A stretch of DNA of 64,000 nt from an uncultured cyanobacterium (GTDB lineage: Bacteria; Cyanobacteriota; Cyanobacteriia; Cyanobacteriales; CAWCAG01). This document shows positions 26,300 through 37,433 of the stretch, piece after piece (the first letter of the stretch is position 1; each line of letters opens with the position of its first letter). The DNA is taken from assembly GCA_963793425.1 (NCBI GenBank), contig CAWCAG010000009.1:768001-832000 (forward strand), in the 5' to 3' direction. The notes under the pieces were generated by a model that did not search any database, was not told the origin of the DNA, and saw only the letters and a program-made list of their open reading frames with translations. The position numbers and the translations under genes were made by a program.

Positions 26300-27448
26300 G
26301 TGAGAATCAAACCAGAAGGGTGGATAGTTATCCTTTTCATATTGGGATTAGTGATCACAATTGTTACTCGCCCTCCTGAAATATTAGCGCCACAGAGAGA
26401 ATTACGAGGGGTTTGGTTAACCAATATTGATAGCGAGGTACTATTTTCTGCCAGAAAACTGCGTCAGAGTTTAAAGCGTCTTGCCCGTTTAAACTTTAAT
26501 ACAGTTTATCCTACAGTTTGGACGAGAGGGCATACCCTTTATCCGAGTAAAGTAGCTGAGTCGGTTTTAGGTATTTCTCTAGATCCAGAACCAGGTTTGC
26601 AGAAACGGGATATTTTAGAAGAAATAGTTGAACAAGGACACAGAGAGGGTTTAACGGTTATTCCTTGGTTTGAGTTTGGTTTTGTCGTGCCATCAGACTC
26701 TCCTATTATACAACTTCATCCTGATTGGTTAACTAACCGTCAAGATGGGGGGCAAACTGTTTACAGAAAAGGGCAAGAAATCGTTTGGCTTAATCCTTTT
26801 CACCCTCAAGTACAACAGTTTATGACAGTTATTTTTGCTGAGATTGTCGCTAACTATGACATTGATGGCATTCAATTTGATGATAATTTTGGTGTTCCCG
26901 TAGATATGGGTTACGATCCTTACACCTTAGCCCTCTATCGCAGCCAACACCAGGGTAATTCACCCCCAGCTAATTTTCGTGATCCGGAATGGATGCGTTG
27001 GCGTTCTAATCAACTGACGGAATTAGTCACCCAGTTGTTTCATACTATTAAAGCTCTTAAACCTAAATGTTTAATCGGTTTATCTCCTAATTCCCAACAT
27101 TATTCTTACAACAACTACTTACAAGACTGGCAAACCTGGCAAGAAAGGGGTTTAATTGATGAATTGATTTTGCAGGTTTATTGGGATGATTTAGAGAGGT
27201 TTAGGGCAGAATTGCAACTACCAGAAGTTAAGGCCGCTAGCCAGAAAATTCCTGTAGGCATTGGTATTTTAACTGGTTTAAAAAAGCGTTTTGTTCCTAT
27301 GAGTCAAGTACAAGCCCAAGTAAAAATTGTTCGCCAAGAAGATTTAGCCGGAGTCGCTTTCTTTTTCTACGAAACTCTGGCAGGGCGCGATCGCCAACTT
27401 AAAGAGTTGTTCGCTAACCCCGCTACCAGACCTGGGGCAAGTGATTAA
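26300..27448 (+). CDS. glycoside hydrolase family 10-like (GHL10/DUF187) protein
   Basis: Motifs ELRGVWLTN, IPWFEFG and YDIDGIQFDD. Confidence 0.88.
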   Translation: MRIKPEGWIVILFILGLVITIVTRPPEILAPQRELRGVWLTNIDSEVLFSARKLRQSLKRLARLNFNTVYPTVWTRGHTLYPSKVAESVLGISLDPEPGLQKRDILEEIVEQGHREGLTVIPWFEFGFVVPSDSPIIQLHPDWLTNRQDGGQTVYRKGQEIVWLNPFHPQVQQFMTVIFAEIVANYDIDGIQFDDNFGVPVDMGYDPYTLALYRSQHQGNSPPANFRDPEWMRWRSNQLTELVTQLFHTIKALKPKCLIGLSPNSQHYSYNNYLQDWQTWQERGLIDELILQVYWDDLERFRAELQLPEVKAASQKIPVGIGILTGLKKRFVPMSQVQAQVKIVRQEDLAGVAFFFYETLAGRDRQLKELFANPATRPGASD

Positions 27449-27494
27449 GTGATAAGTAATAAGTGATAAGTAATAAGTAATAAGTAATAAGCAA
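27446..27494. repeat. short tandem heptamer repeat (TAAGTRA)x7, STRR-like
   Basis: Directly visible intergenic tandem repeat. Confidence 0.85.
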
Positions 27495-27604
27495 TTATTA
27501 GTTCTTTAGTCACAATCGTTATGACTATGATATATTAGTAACAGTTCGTAACAAGTTAAAATTGGCTGATACCGAGATTTCAGCTTAGTAAGGAGTAATT
27601 AATA

Positions 27605-28198
27605 ATGGAAGAATGTTTAAGAGTAGGACAAGCAGCACCTGATTTTACAGCCACAGCAGTAGTAGATCAAGAATTCAAAACCCTTAAACTATCTGACTAT
27701 CGCGGCAAATATGTAGTCTTATTTTTCTATCCTTTAGACTTCACTTTCGTTTGTCCTACAGAAATCACAGCATTCAGCGATCGCAACAGTGAATTTGCAG
27801 ATATTGACACTCAAGTTTTGGGTGTCTCTGTTGATAGTGAATTTTCTCATCTCGCTTGGATTCAGAGCGATCGCAAGTCAGGGGGTGTAGGGGACTTAGA
27901 ATATCCTTTAGTCTCTGATATTAGAAAAGAAATTAGCACAAATTATAATGTTTTAGATCCAGAAGCCGGTGTAGCCTTGCGGGGACTATTTATCATTGAC
28001 AAAGATGGGGTAATTCAACACTCAACCATCAACAATCTTTCCTTTGGACGTAGTGTTGATGAAACCTTACGTACCCTTCAAGCAATTCAGTATGTACAGT
28101 CTCATCCTGACGAAGTTTGTCCTGCTGGTTGGGAACCCGGAAGTAAAACAATGGTTCCTGATCCTGTTAAGTCTAAAGTCTTCTTTGAATCTGTTTAG
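27605..28198 (+). CDS. 2-Cys peroxiredoxin (AhpC/TSA)
   Basis: Motifs [13 protein letters not shown] and EVCPAGW. Confidence 0.95.
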   Translation: MEECLRVGQAAPDFTATAVVDQEFKTLKLSDYRGKYVVLFFYPLDFTFVCPTEITAFSDRNSEFADIDTQVLGVSVDSEFSHLAWIQSDRKSGGVGDLEYPLVSDIRKEISTNYNVLDPEAGVALRGLFIIDKDGVIQHSTINNLSFGRSVDETLRTLQAIQYVQSHPDEVCPAGWEPGSKTMVPDPVKSKVFFESV

Positions 28199-28276
28199 TA
28201 TTAAGAGAACTTGGAAGGTTAGCGATCGCATATCGACTAAAAGTTTTCCAAGACCTCAAGACCTAAATTTAAGTGA

Positions 28277-28314
28277 AATAGGCACTTCTTGCAACAGTTT
28301 AAGGAGTGCCTATT
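28277..28314. terminator. hairpin downstream of peroxiredoxin
   Basis: Inverted repeat AATAGGCACT...AGTGCCTATT. Confidence 0.5.
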
Positions 28315-28440
28315 CCTCATTATTTTTTACTTATAGCAACTCTAAGTCGCATGAGGAACTAAAAAATCCGGATCAATTCTAAGAGATAAGCTAAAAGAAA
28401 TTAGACCTAACTAATCCCTGATATTTAAAATTTAAGATTA

Positions 28441-28644
28441 ATGTTAAGAACGCTACTCTCTATATGGGGCTATTTTCCCGTATTTTTCCTTGCCCTCCTG
28501 GTAACCTTAACCTGGGGGCAAATTCTTCTTATTCCTAATTCCAGCAATGCTGCCTCCCAACAAGACTATCAAGTTGATCGTGATCTTGTTTACAAGACAG
28601 TTAACGACCACGAGTTGAAACTGGATCTTGATGAGAATATATAG
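28441..28644 (+). pseudogene. N-terminal fragment of a secreted alpha/beta hydrolase (esterase/lipase-like)
   Basis: A signal peptide is followed by RDLVYKTVNDHELKLDL and then a stop. Confidence 0.5.
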
Positions 28645-28725
28645 TCTTTCTCGGACTCATAAGGTGGATTTGGTCTATTTCCATATTTCCTACGCTTCCA
28701 AAGCGCAAAAAATCAAACAACAGAA

Positions 28726-30267
28726 TTAACCTTCTAAATCCCCTTCCATAACTGTTGCGATCGCACTTTTAGTATTAGCTTTGAACTCAGCTACATCTAC
28801 TCGATTGAGAAGATAGATAGCTATAAGCATACCTAAAGCTTGGAGGGCAAAAACTAAGCCGTAGGCGAATACAGGGTTTGTAAAAACTTTCTTGCCAATA
28901 TCTAAAACCACACCACCCAAAGCAGTAGCTATCCCTCTAGACATAGCCTGTGCCAACCCCCAAGCCCCAATGAAAGTACCAGCGGCTTCCACCGCTGTTA
29001 AATCTAGCATCAAACTAATACTGCCAATGGTAGCAATCCCCGCAGCTATACCGAATAAAAACACCGCAATTTTGAGAATATTTTCCTCTTGGGTAAAACC
29101 AGCCAGAATAATCAAGCAAAAACAAATAGCAATCAGTAAACAACCAATTTCGGCCGTTAATTTTTTCCCTAAACGTGGCACTACCAAAAAACCCGTTGTC
29201 CCATAACCCAGCAAAATTCCTAGTCCCCAAAAAGCGTTTAACTGAGTTGTTTCGGCAATAGACATACCAAAAACTTCACCCCCATAGGGTTCTAAAACCA
29301 CTTCTTGCATAAACAAGCTAATGGTAAAAACTAAGAGGAAGGAGAAAAAGATGCCTGTTTGACGGCTAGCAGTTAAGACTTTGAGGGATTTTCTTAGAGT
29401 TATACTATCTTCTCTTTCTGTGGCCGAAGAGCGCATCGAGAAGCGAGAATATTTTTTTTCTACACCGAAAGTCGCTATTAATGCTAAGACAAAAACAATA
29501 ATGGGGACAATGAGGAAAAGTTTGTTAAGAGGATTTTGTAGAACTTCTAGGGGAGTATCAATCATCTTTTCCCCTACTAATAAACTACTACCAATATTAA
29601 CTCCCAAAACAATGCCAGACTGTTGAACTTTTTTTAAAAGAATGCCACCGCTGATGCCACCGATCACGATACCTAGCATCAACATTGACCAAACCACAGA
29701 AACTATTTTTGAGCGGTTATCTTCTTCAGAAATATCCACCAACATGGCGGTAAAAGGGGTTGAACTAGAACTTAGTGCCAAACCGAAACAGACAAAAAGT
29801 AAAGCTAGTAAACCTGTCCAACCTATAGTTGAGATATTCCAAACCCAACCACCGTTAGCACGAACCAAACTACCAAGTTGCCAGACTGTTTGTACCGCTA
29901 AAAACACAGCTAAGCCTAATAACGCTGCTCCCAAACGTACATAATTAGTACGATGCTGACCGAACAACTTTTTAGAGTCTGATAGCTGTCCAAACCAAAC
30001 TCTAGCTGGAGAAACAAATTGCTGCATAGCCACCACCACACCAGTTATGGTCGCAGGGATACCTAACTCACTAATCATCACCCGATTAAGAATTGCTAGG
30101 GTCAGCACTGACATCAACCCCAATCCCAGATTAAATAAACCCAGGCGAAACATAGTAATCAAGTCAACTTTAGGGATTTTTCTTGAGTTGGAATTAGTTT
30201 GTAGATTAGGAAAATCGCCCGTAGTCATATCGTTAAAAATTAAACATTTATCATTTATATTAAACAT
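28726..30267 (-). CDS. BCD-family (PucC-like) MFS transporter
   Basis: Motifs FRLGLFNLGLGLMSVLTLAILNRVMI, LEPYGG and GTFIGAWGLAQA. Confidence 0.9.
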   Translation of the reverse strand: MFNINDKCLIFNDMTTGDFPNLQTNSNSRKIPKVDLITMFRLGLFNLGLGLMSVLTLAILNRVMISELGIPATITGVVVAMQQFVSPARVWFGQLSDSKKLFGQHRTNYVRLGAALLGLAVFLAVQTVWQLGSLVRANGGWVWNISTIGWTGLLALLFVCFGLALSSSSTPFTAMLVDISEEDNRSKIVSVVWSMLMLGIVIGGISGGILLKKVQQSGIVLGVNIGSSLLVGEKMIDTPLEVLQNPLNKLFLIVPIIVFVLALIATFGVEKKYSRFSMRSSATEREDSITLRKSLKVLTASRQTGIFFSFLLVFTISLFMQEVVLEPYGGEVFGMSIAETTQLNAFWGLGILLGYGTTGFLVVPRLGKKLTAEIGCLLIAICFCLIILAGFTQEENILKIAVFLFGIAAGIATIGSISLMLDLTAVEAAGTFIGAWGLAQAMSRGIATALGGVVLDIGKKVFTNPVFAYGLVFALQALGMLIAIYLLNRVDVAEFKANTKSAIATVMEGDLEG

Positions 30268-30292
30268 TTAACGCTGGTCATTTATCGTTAAT

Positions 30293-30318
30293 AAAAAAAA
30301 GGGAGCCTGAAAGCTCCC
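30293..30318 (-). terminator. Rho-independent terminator of the PEP-CTERM gene
   Basis: The minus strand reads GGGAGC-TTTCAG-GCTCCC followed by T8. Confidence 0.8.
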
Positions 30319-30356
30319 CCCGACCTTGACATGGACACTTTTACAAACTCTAAAAT

Positions 30357-31232
30357 TTAAGCTTTATTTTGCTTGCGCTTAGTTGCGACAACACCACTCA
30401 AAGCGATTAGACCTAAAATTGCGGAGGGTTCAGGTACTTTCTCTGCATCGTCTTCGCCCCACTGGAAAGAGAATTCAAAATTACCGTCGTGGGATGTTCC
30501 ATCAGAAACTTCATACTGACCGGAATCTGTGGATTTGTCGAAGCTATAGAATAATTCTGTTTGGCCCTTGTAGCTGACTTTAACCACTTCGCTAGCATAC
30601 CAACCCTGAAGTGCAGGGTGTACATTTCCTGCATCGCTATGACCAGCTAAACCAAAAGTAACAGTATCACCATCTTTACCTACGTAAGCAACGTTAGGAT
30701 CGCTGAAGCGTTGGAAACCATTAGACCCTAGGAATTGCTTGTAAAGCCCTACTTTTTGCATACCATTGTAGCCTGAGCCGTATTTAGCCATAGCCTTACC
30801 AAACCATTGGTTAGCAAAGTTATTTGCCCCATAAGCCTCGCTGACACCACTGCCTGTACCAAACCAGTCTTCGTAAGTCAAACTACTGAAGTTGACAATT
30901 TTACCATCAAGATCGGCTGTTAATGTAGCTGAGCCGATGTCTTTGAACTGGGTTAAGTTTAAACCATCTGTTTGGTCATAAAGTTCAACGTTACCACCAG
31001 GAGCGCTGCTGTCACCACTTAAAATAGTTGATAAATCTGCCCCTGTTACTTTTCTAGTTTTGGTCTTGCCATCACTATCAACAAAGGACTCATACACCGT
31101 AGTTGGGCCACTAGAACTAAAACTACCAGCAAAAGCCGGGTTAACTGCGTAGACGAAGTCCGTCATAGACATCGCACTTGCCCCTACTACAACTGAAGCA
31201 CCTAATAAAAATTTCTTAATTGTCCCCTTCAT
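30357..31232 (-). CDS. PEP-CTERM sorting domain protein
   Basis: Signal peptide and a C-terminal VPEPS-TM-KRK motif. Confidence 0.88.
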   Translation of the reverse strand: MKGTIKKFLLGASVVVGASAMSMTDFVYAVNPAFAGSFSSSGPTTVYESFVDSDGKTKTRKVTGADLSTILSGDSSAPGGNVELYDQTDGLNLTQFKDIGSATLTADLDGKIVNFSSLTYEDWFGTGSGVSEAYGANNFANQWFGKAMAKYGSGYNGMQKVGLYKQFLGSNGFQRFSDPNVAYVGKDGDTVTFGLAGHSDAGNVHPALQGWYASEVVKVSYKGQTELFYSFDKSTDSGQYEVSDGTSHDGNFEFSFQWGEDDAEKVPEPSAILGLIALSGVVATKRKQNKA

Positions 31233-31469
31233 ACCTTTAAAATCTACCTAGTTTTACAGTTTAAAATTTTTAGAAGTTCGAGTTTACAGTTGATTAGTTC
31301 AGCAGCCAAGATTTTCTGGTAAATATTTAAGTAAGCTAGCCCAAAACACCCTTAGACGCGCAAACTTTTGAATCCATTTCACTTTGAACCTATATTCATT
31401 TAAACTTTCTCTAGAAGCGAGTGGTTAAAGTTACGATAAAGTTTTGGTATTGTTTTTATGAAGTAAGCT

Positions 31470-31796
31470 ATGGCAGCTAAAGACATCTACCATGACACAG
31501 CGAAAAATGCTCTTATCAAAGACGGTTGGATAATTACTGACGATCCCTTAACTTTAAGGTGGGGTTCAAAAACACTATTAATTGACTTGGGTGCAAGAAA
31601 GCTAATAGCGGCAAGAAAAGGTGATCAAACAATTGCTGTAGAAATCAAAAGCTTTGTAGGAACGTCTCAAGTAAACGATCTCAAAAATGCTCTTGGTCAG
31701 TATATTTTATATAAAGATATCTTATTACAAAACCATCGAGTCCGTTTAATTGTGTTTGACCCTGACAAAGAGGAGATTTTGCAATGGATATCTTAG
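31470..31796 (+). pseudogene. xisH: XisH family protein with apparent internal deletion
   Basis: MAAKDIYHD...IAVEIKSF...ALGQYILY...LIVFDP...QWI is present, but the LYLAV-containing segment typical of XisH is missing. Confidence 0.75.
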
Positions 31797-31853
31797 ATAA
31801 AGATCGCCAAATTATTTATAAGGCTCTTAAATACTATGCTGATTTACCTTATT
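31784..31853 (+). pseudogene. xisI: XisI N-terminal remnant
   Basis: An ATG overlapping the end of xisH gives MDILDKDRQIIYKALKYYADLPY, then unrelated sequence. Confidence 0.55.
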
Positions 31854-32194
31854 GGTGTCAGGACGTAAAAACCTCACGGGGTGACAAGTGCCTCGAAACC
31901 TTTTCTATTAAAGGTTCTAGCTCACCGATCTTCAAAAAGATTAGAGCTTGTTGACAGGTCTATTGATACCTAAATAGCACTCACGACCACAGTAGCTTAG
32001 TTGCTTACAGTTTATATTACTCAGATGGTTTCATAATTGCGATCGCAAAGAGATTACCTAATTTTATTGGCAAGCTTGGGTGTCAATAAGTGTCAATTTT
32101 CAGAGAGTCAAATAAGCTGAAAGCTTTTGTAATATTAGCCTTCCAACTTGCTTTCCATCCCCCTGAAATTCGCCCCCATACTGAATTTGCTGTT

Positions 32195-33583
32195 TCATAG
32201 TCCCAAAATCATTCGGGCGATATTAAAGTAAATTAGTACCCCCAAAACGTCTACTGCTGTAGTGATAAACGGTGCAGACATGAGGGCAGGATCTAATTTT
32301 AAGGATCGGAACAGAAAAGGTAAGGCCGAGCCTGCCACAGAAGCGAGAATGGCGATCGCAACTAAACTTATGCCCACAGAAATAGCGACGGCGAGGTTTC
32401 CTTGCAACCAATAAGCCCAGAAAGTGGCTACAGTTCCTAGTATTGTCCCTAACAAGGTTCCTGCTAGGGCTTCTCGGAAGATAACTTGTCCTGGCCCCAA
32501 ATCACTCATTTCATCGGTGTTTAAGCCCCTAATCACTACGGTAGAAGATTGTGCGCCGACGTTTCCTCCTGTACCAGTCAAGAGCGGAATGAAAGCTGCT
32601 AAGGTAACAACTTGTTGCAAGATATCTTCTTGGGAACGAATAATGGTTCCTGTAACTGTATTGGTTAAAAGGAGAATAAACAACCAAACTACCCGCTTAC
32701 GGGCAACGGTTACTAAGTTTGTTTGAAAATAGTTATCCCCATCGGCTTGAACCCCACCCAAAGCATAAATATCTTCTGTGGCTTCTTGTTCTAAGATATC
32801 GATGACATCATCCACCGTCACCACCCCAACCAAACGTTCTTCTTTGTCTACAATAGGTAGAGCGAAAAGATCGTAGCGTTGAATTAACCGGGCGACTTCT
32901 TCTTGATCCATACTGGTGGGGGCGCGGACAAGATCAGAGGTCATAATTTCCCCTAAACTATTTTCCGGGGAAGAGGTAACTAAATCTCGTAAAGAAACAA
33001 TCCCCAATAAATGCCGAGAAGCATCAGTAACGTAGAGATAGTAGATGATTTCTGAAGCATTAGCTAAGCGACGAATTCTCTGTAGGGCATCAGCAACAGT
33101 TAGTTTCTCCTTCAGGGAAATATACTCCGGGGTCATAATTCGCCCGGCGGTATCCTCTTCATAACCTAGAAGTAAAGCTGTAGCGACACGCTCTTTCTGA
33201 CTTAACTGATCCAAAAACTGCCCCACAACTTTAGCTGGCAATTCATCGAATAACCTGGCGCGATCATCGGGGGACATTTGATCAACAATTTCGATTACCT
33301 CCTGACGCTTAAACTCTTGAATCAAAGCCTGCTGTACAGAAGAATCAAGATATTCATAAACTGCGATCGCCTTTTCTTTAGAAATTAAACGAAAACCAAT
33401 AGCGTGCAGTTTTTCTGGTAATCCTTCAATAGCTTCAGCAATATCCACTGGTTGCACAGGAACCAAAAGAGTTTTTGCCCCAGCTAAATTTCCTTCTTCC
33501 AGCAATAATTGCAACTGGGTACGAACCAGTTGACGTAGTTCGCTATGGGAGACGTTGGAGGCGGAAGTTGTTTGTTCACTCAA
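32195..33583 (-). CDS. mgtE: magnesium transporter MgtE
   Basis: TAGRIMT, a CBS pair, GGNVGAQS and APFITTAVD. Confidence 0.95.
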   Translation of the reverse strand: MSEQTTSASNVSHSELRQLVRTQLQLLLEEGNLAGAKTLLVPVQPVDIAEAIEGLPEKLHAIGFRLISKEKAIAVYEYLDSSVQQALIQEFKRQEVIEIVDQMSPDDRARLFDELPAKVVGQFLDQLSQKERVATALLLGYEEDTAGRIMTPEYISLKEKLTVADALQRIRRLANASEIIYYLYVTDASRHLLGIVSLRDLVTSSPENSLGEIMTSDLVRAPTSMDQEEVARLIQRYDLFALPIVDKEERLVGVVTVDDVIDILEQEATEDIYALGGVQADGDNYFQTNLVTVARKRVVWLFILLLTNTVTGTIIRSQEDILQQVVTLAAFIPLLTGTGGNVGAQSSTVVIRGLNTDEMSDLGPGQVIFREALAGTLLGTILGTVATFWAYWLQGNLAVAISVGISLVAIAILASVAGSALPFLFRSLKLDPALMSAPFITTAVDVLGVLIYFNIARMILGL

Positions 33584-33833
33584 GGTTAATCTTCTTTTAG
33601 CCAGGGACTAGGAAAGTTTTTTTGAATTTCTTGGTTTAGTTAATTTATCTAGATATCTAAATATATATTAAGAGCTGTTACCCCAGATTGCGTAAAGAAA
33701 AATTCAGAGGTAGAGCGTTGATACTCTACCCCTGCTTACTAATAGGAAGGAATAATCTCTCCTAACTCCCCATTTCTCTAGCTTCCTAGCCCCAAAAATA
33801 GCTAAATATGGGCTTCTCCTTGTGGCAAAGCGA

Positions 33834-34847
33834 CTAGCGCTTACGCCTACCACGTCCCCTCTGGCGAGGGCGATGGGAGATTTCGTACTCTAAGATTGCG
33901 CCAATACTGAAAAAGATCCCGCTAAAAACAAAAAACACCTCTAGTAAAGCACCACTTTGATACTCTGTTGGCAGGGTGGCAGCATATTTAAACCACATAT
34001 CAGCAATATATAAAGCAAAGGTAGCTGCACCAATCATCCGCCAAGACCAAGAATAGGCTCCTCCCCAGTAAGCTAGCAATAAAGTCGTAGCAATAATCAC
34101 TAAAGCTAAGTCACCAATGATGTAAAAGAAGTTTATTGGGCGGGCTAAAGGACTTAGGGTATCTTCTAAGGACATAACCCATTGAGGGGCTTCGTGGGTA
34201 GCGAGCGCCTCTATTTCTTCCTCCAAAGCTTGGGAGGGGGAACTCACAGCCTCTGTTTGTGCTGTAACTGGCTGATTGTTAGCGATCGCTTCTAACTCCT
34301 CTAAAGGGGGAGGGGAAATAGCAATCCAAACAGCTAAGGCTGTACCAATAACAGCAATGGAACCCAAAACAATCCATTGCCACTTCTCCAAATTCAAGCG
34401 CCTGGGTATGATAGCTAAAATCATTCCCCAGCTTAGCAGGAGATAAAAGGCAACATAAAACAAATCTGCTGGGGAAACATCAGGATCTAGTTCCCAATAC
34501 AATTCCCACCAGCCGAAAATCAGGTTAGCAGTAAAATAACTTAGGGTCCCTAAACCAATTCCTAGCCAGACATTACGGCCACTAGCAATTTTAGGGCTGT
34601 TAGCGTTACGAAAACACAAAAGCGCTGCCCCTAAAAAAGGCAGACACTCAAGGATATAGGTATCTATTAAATAGATAGTAGGACTATCTTGTTCTGAGGG
34701 AATCAGGGCAAATAAGATGAAGGAAATCAGCGCTAATACTGACCAAGTAATACCCGCATAGATAATGTTTTGACTAGTCAAAAGCTTATTAGACCCTGAT
34801 GAAGTATCTAAAGAGCTGCTCATAAGATTTTCTTGGATTCTTAACAA
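33834..34847 (-). CDS. hypothetical multi-pass membrane protein
   Basis: Long hydrophobic ORF with PDVSPADLFY and a basic C-terminal tail. Confidence 0.75.
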   Translation of the reverse strand: MLRIQENLMSSSLDTSSGSNKLLTSQNIIYAGITWSVLALISFILFALIPSEQDSPTIYLIDTYILECLPFLGAALLCFRNANSPKIASGRNVWLGIGLGTLSYFTANLIFGWWELYWELDPDVSPADLFYVAFYLLLSWGMILAIIPRRLNLEKWQWIVLGSIAVIGTALAVWIAISPPPLEELEAIANNQPVTAQTEAVSSPSQALEEEIEALATHEAPQWVMSLEDTLSPLARPINFFYIIGDLALVIIATTLLLAYWGGAYSWSWRMIGAATFALYIADMWFKYAATLPTEYQSGALLEVFFVFSGIFFSIGAILEYEISHRPRQRGRGRRKR

Positions 34848-34982
34848 GTTGCTGTTAGTAGTCTATCTTAGTCGCTGACGGCTAGTGATAATAGCCAAGC
34901 TGGGTTTAAGGATTGCTGGCATAATGTTTATAACCTGCCCCCACGAGAAATCTAGAAAGAAATAAATCCATAGCCCGATCAG

Positions 34983-36359
34983 CTAATTGCTTATTACCAA
35001 ACATTCTTGTGCCAACTCTTTCACTTGTTCGTAATTAACTTTTCCTTGAGCATTGCGGGGTAAAATAGCTGTTGCTAACCAATATTTAGGTTGCTTAAAC
35101 TTACTCAATTGATTGGCGATCGCGCCTTTTAATTCATTGATAGCCGTTTCGGATTGTCGGGGAACATAAACTGCTGTTACCGCTTGTCCCCAATAACTAT
35201 CAGCTAAACCAATGACGCAAACATCTTCAACTAACCTCGTAGCATAAATAGCTGCTTCTACTTCATTGGGGTAAACCTTCTCGCCCCCAGTAATAATCTT
35301 TTTGCTACAACGTCCGACGATATGTAAATAGCCTTGCTGATCAAAATAACCTAAATCATCTGGTTGGAAAATATCTGTTTGAGAGAAGGGCTGGGGATAG
35401 TAACCTAAACAAACAGATTCAGCTTGGATAGTGATAATCCCTATTTCCCCTACCTGACATTCTTGACCTTCACGATCAAAGATTTTTACTTTAGTATGGG
35501 GTAAAATTTGACCACAGCTATTATTCCCTGCTAAAAAGTCTTCTGGCTTTAAGGTGACAATTTGAGAAGCTGTCTCTGTCATACCGTAGGTAAGTGCCAA
35601 AGAAATGTTATTTAACCTGGCTTTGGCTAACAATTCCTGCCAAGGAGGTGCGCCCCCCAAAAGCACTGTTTGGAACTGAGATAGCCAAGTTGCGGCGTAG
35701 GAAGTGAGGAGATATTGCAGTTGAGTGGGTACTAAGGAGATGTAAAACTCTTTGGGGTCTATGTTGCCCCTAACTCCTGCTTTTAAAGCTTTGTAAGGTA
35801 AAACTAACAAACGCCCTCCTGTTAAAAAGGAGCGCAAAAACTGCATCAAACCACTAACATGATACAAGGGCAAAACGCAACAAGAATTAATCGCTTTAGC
35901 GCCAAAATAGCTTTGAAAACCCTTGACAGATGCACTCAAAGTCTCCCAAGTATGTATAGTAAAACGAATTTTGCCCGAAGATCCTCCGGTAGGAATCATA
36001 ATTTTGCCGGAAAAGAACTGTTCTTTTCTATTTTGAAGGGGATTAGTGGGCGGGAGATGCAAATTTTCTCCCCAGACTAGATCCGGTTGCACTAAATCTA
36101 AAACCTGTTGCCATTCTTTAGCTATCCAGCGGGGATTACAGAGAAACAGAGGACATTTAGCCATGACTCCAGCTAAGAAACCAGCTACAAATTTGAGAGG
36201 ATCACTTTGGGCTAAAAAAATAGTTGGAGTTTTGCCATTTTGAGATAGCTGAGTTAGTTGCTGCAATGATTCTTGAATCAGGAAGTTAAGTTGGTTGGTG
36301 TCGTAACCAATTAACCAATTTTCTTGGCTACGTTCGTATAGAGAAGTTATGCTCATCAA
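34983..36359 (-). CDS. menE: 2-succinylbenzoate--CoA ligase
   Basis: Motifs TGGSSG and YGMTET; adjacent to menC. Confidence 0.9.
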   Translation of the reverse strand: MMSITSLYERSQENWLIGYDTNQLNFLIQESLQQLTQLSQNGKTPTIFLAQSDPLKFVAGFLAGVMAKCPLFLCNPRWIAKEWQQVLDLVQPDLVWGENLHLPPTNPLQNRKEQFFSGKIMIPTGGSSGKIRFTIHTWETLSASVKGFQSYFGAKAINSCCVLPLYHVSGLMQFLRSFLTGGRLLVLPYKALKAGVRGNIDPKEFYISLVPTQLQYLLTSYAATWLSQFQTVLLGGAPPWQELLAKARLNNISLALTYGMTETASQIVTLKPEDFLAGNNSCGQILPHTKVKIFDREGQECQVGEIGIITIQAESVCLGYYPQPFSQTDIFQPDDLGYFDQQGYLHIVGRCSKKIITGGEKVYPNEVEAAIYATRLVEDVCVIGLADSYWGQAVTAVYVPRQSETAINELKGAIANQLSKFKQPKYWLATAILPRNAQGKVNYEQVKELAQECLVISN

Positions 36360-36453
36360 GTATCAGTTATCAGTTATCAGTTGTAGAGGCGACCAGTTTT
36401 TACAGTATTGCTCAAGAAGCCAGGATCTATATTGAGTCGCCTATCAATATTTA

Positions 36454-37380
36454 TCAATCATTTTCCATAAACCACCTATCAACACCGAAACCAACGGCAC
36501 GATGGGGGGAAGAGAGTTCTGTTGCTAACCGGAGTGCTGCTTTTCTCGCTACTTTTGTTGCCAAAACTGAGGAGAAAACTGCATCAATTTGGTGTTGCTG
36601 ACAAAACTTTCTTAATCTTTGAGGAGATCCGGCGATCGCAGCTTTAATGACAAAGATGCTTCGCCATCCTTGGCGATAACAATCTTCTAGTTGCTTGAGG
36701 GTTGCTACCGACTCATCTAAAGCTAGAGGGGTAGCATATTGCTCACTCAAAACCAACATTGCCATAAACTGGGAAGGGGCAAGGGGTTGTTCAATATATT
36801 CCACAATACCGGATGTACTGTCTGCGGCTTTTAACCACTCTTGAGCCTGTTTTAGATTTAACCCCCCGTTGGCATCAAGGCGTAGTTTAGCTGCTGATGG
36901 CAAATTCTTGATAAGTTGTTCGAAGATGGTCAGTTCTTGGGGAACAGGGGCAAGACCAATCTTCCATTTAAAGGTTAGTTCTCTACTTCTTGAGTATAAC
37001 TTCAAACTGGTTAAAGCGTCTTCTCCAGCAGGCAATAAATAGCTATAATTTAAAGATTTTTTTAGTTCAAGTTGATGGGGAGAAGTTTCTAACTCTTCTA
37101 AGGCTGATTCAAAAGCAAACTGGCAAGCAGGTAATTGATTAGGAATTGCCAAAATTGCTGTTTTGGTTATTTGAGATGACAATTCACGACAAAATGCTTC
37201 AGCAGCAGCTAAAGTTTCCGAACCAAACCAAGGCAAAGGGGCAATTTCTCCCCAACCTTTATTCCCATCACCATCAGTTAGGCAAATAATAATACCTTCC
37301 CGTATCTCCCAAACACCATGACTAGTTTTTAACGGTTGGTTAAAGCGGCGTTGATAAGGAGTGAAGGTGAGTTTGTACAT
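36454..37380 (-). CDS. menC: o-succinylbenzoate synthase
   Basis: Motifs KWKIG, LRLDANG, EQP and ALDES. Confidence 0.9.
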   Translation of the reverse strand: MYKLTFTPYQRRFNQPLKTSHGVWEIREGIIICLTDGDGNKGWGEIAPLPWFGSETLAAAEAFCRELSSQITKTAILAIPNQLPACQFAFESALEELETSPHQLELKKSLNYSYLLPAGEDALTSLKLYSRSRELTFKWKIGLAPVPQELTIFEQLIKNLPSAAKLRLDANGGLNLKQAQEWLKAADSTSGIVEYIEQPLAPSQFMAMLVLSEQYATPLALDESVATLKQLEDCYRQGWRSIFVIKAAIAGSPQRLRKFCQQHQIDAVFSSVLATKVARKAALRLATELSSPHRAVGFGVDRWFMEND

Positions 37381-37433
37381 ATTGCTAATTGCTAATTGCT
37401 AGTTGTTAAATCTCCCCAGCTCCCCATCTCCCC

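Noticed and set aside
27446..27494. Tandem repeats as a possible CRISPR array (also heptamers near 36361, 37381 and 38427)
   Set aside because: These are 7-bp units without spacers and there are no cas genes. They are ordinary cyanobacterial STRR-type repeats.
28044..28382. 112-aa ORF overlapping peroxiredoxin, and other antisense ORFs inside long genes
   Set aside because: These are shadow frames of well-supported genes with no recognisable motifs.
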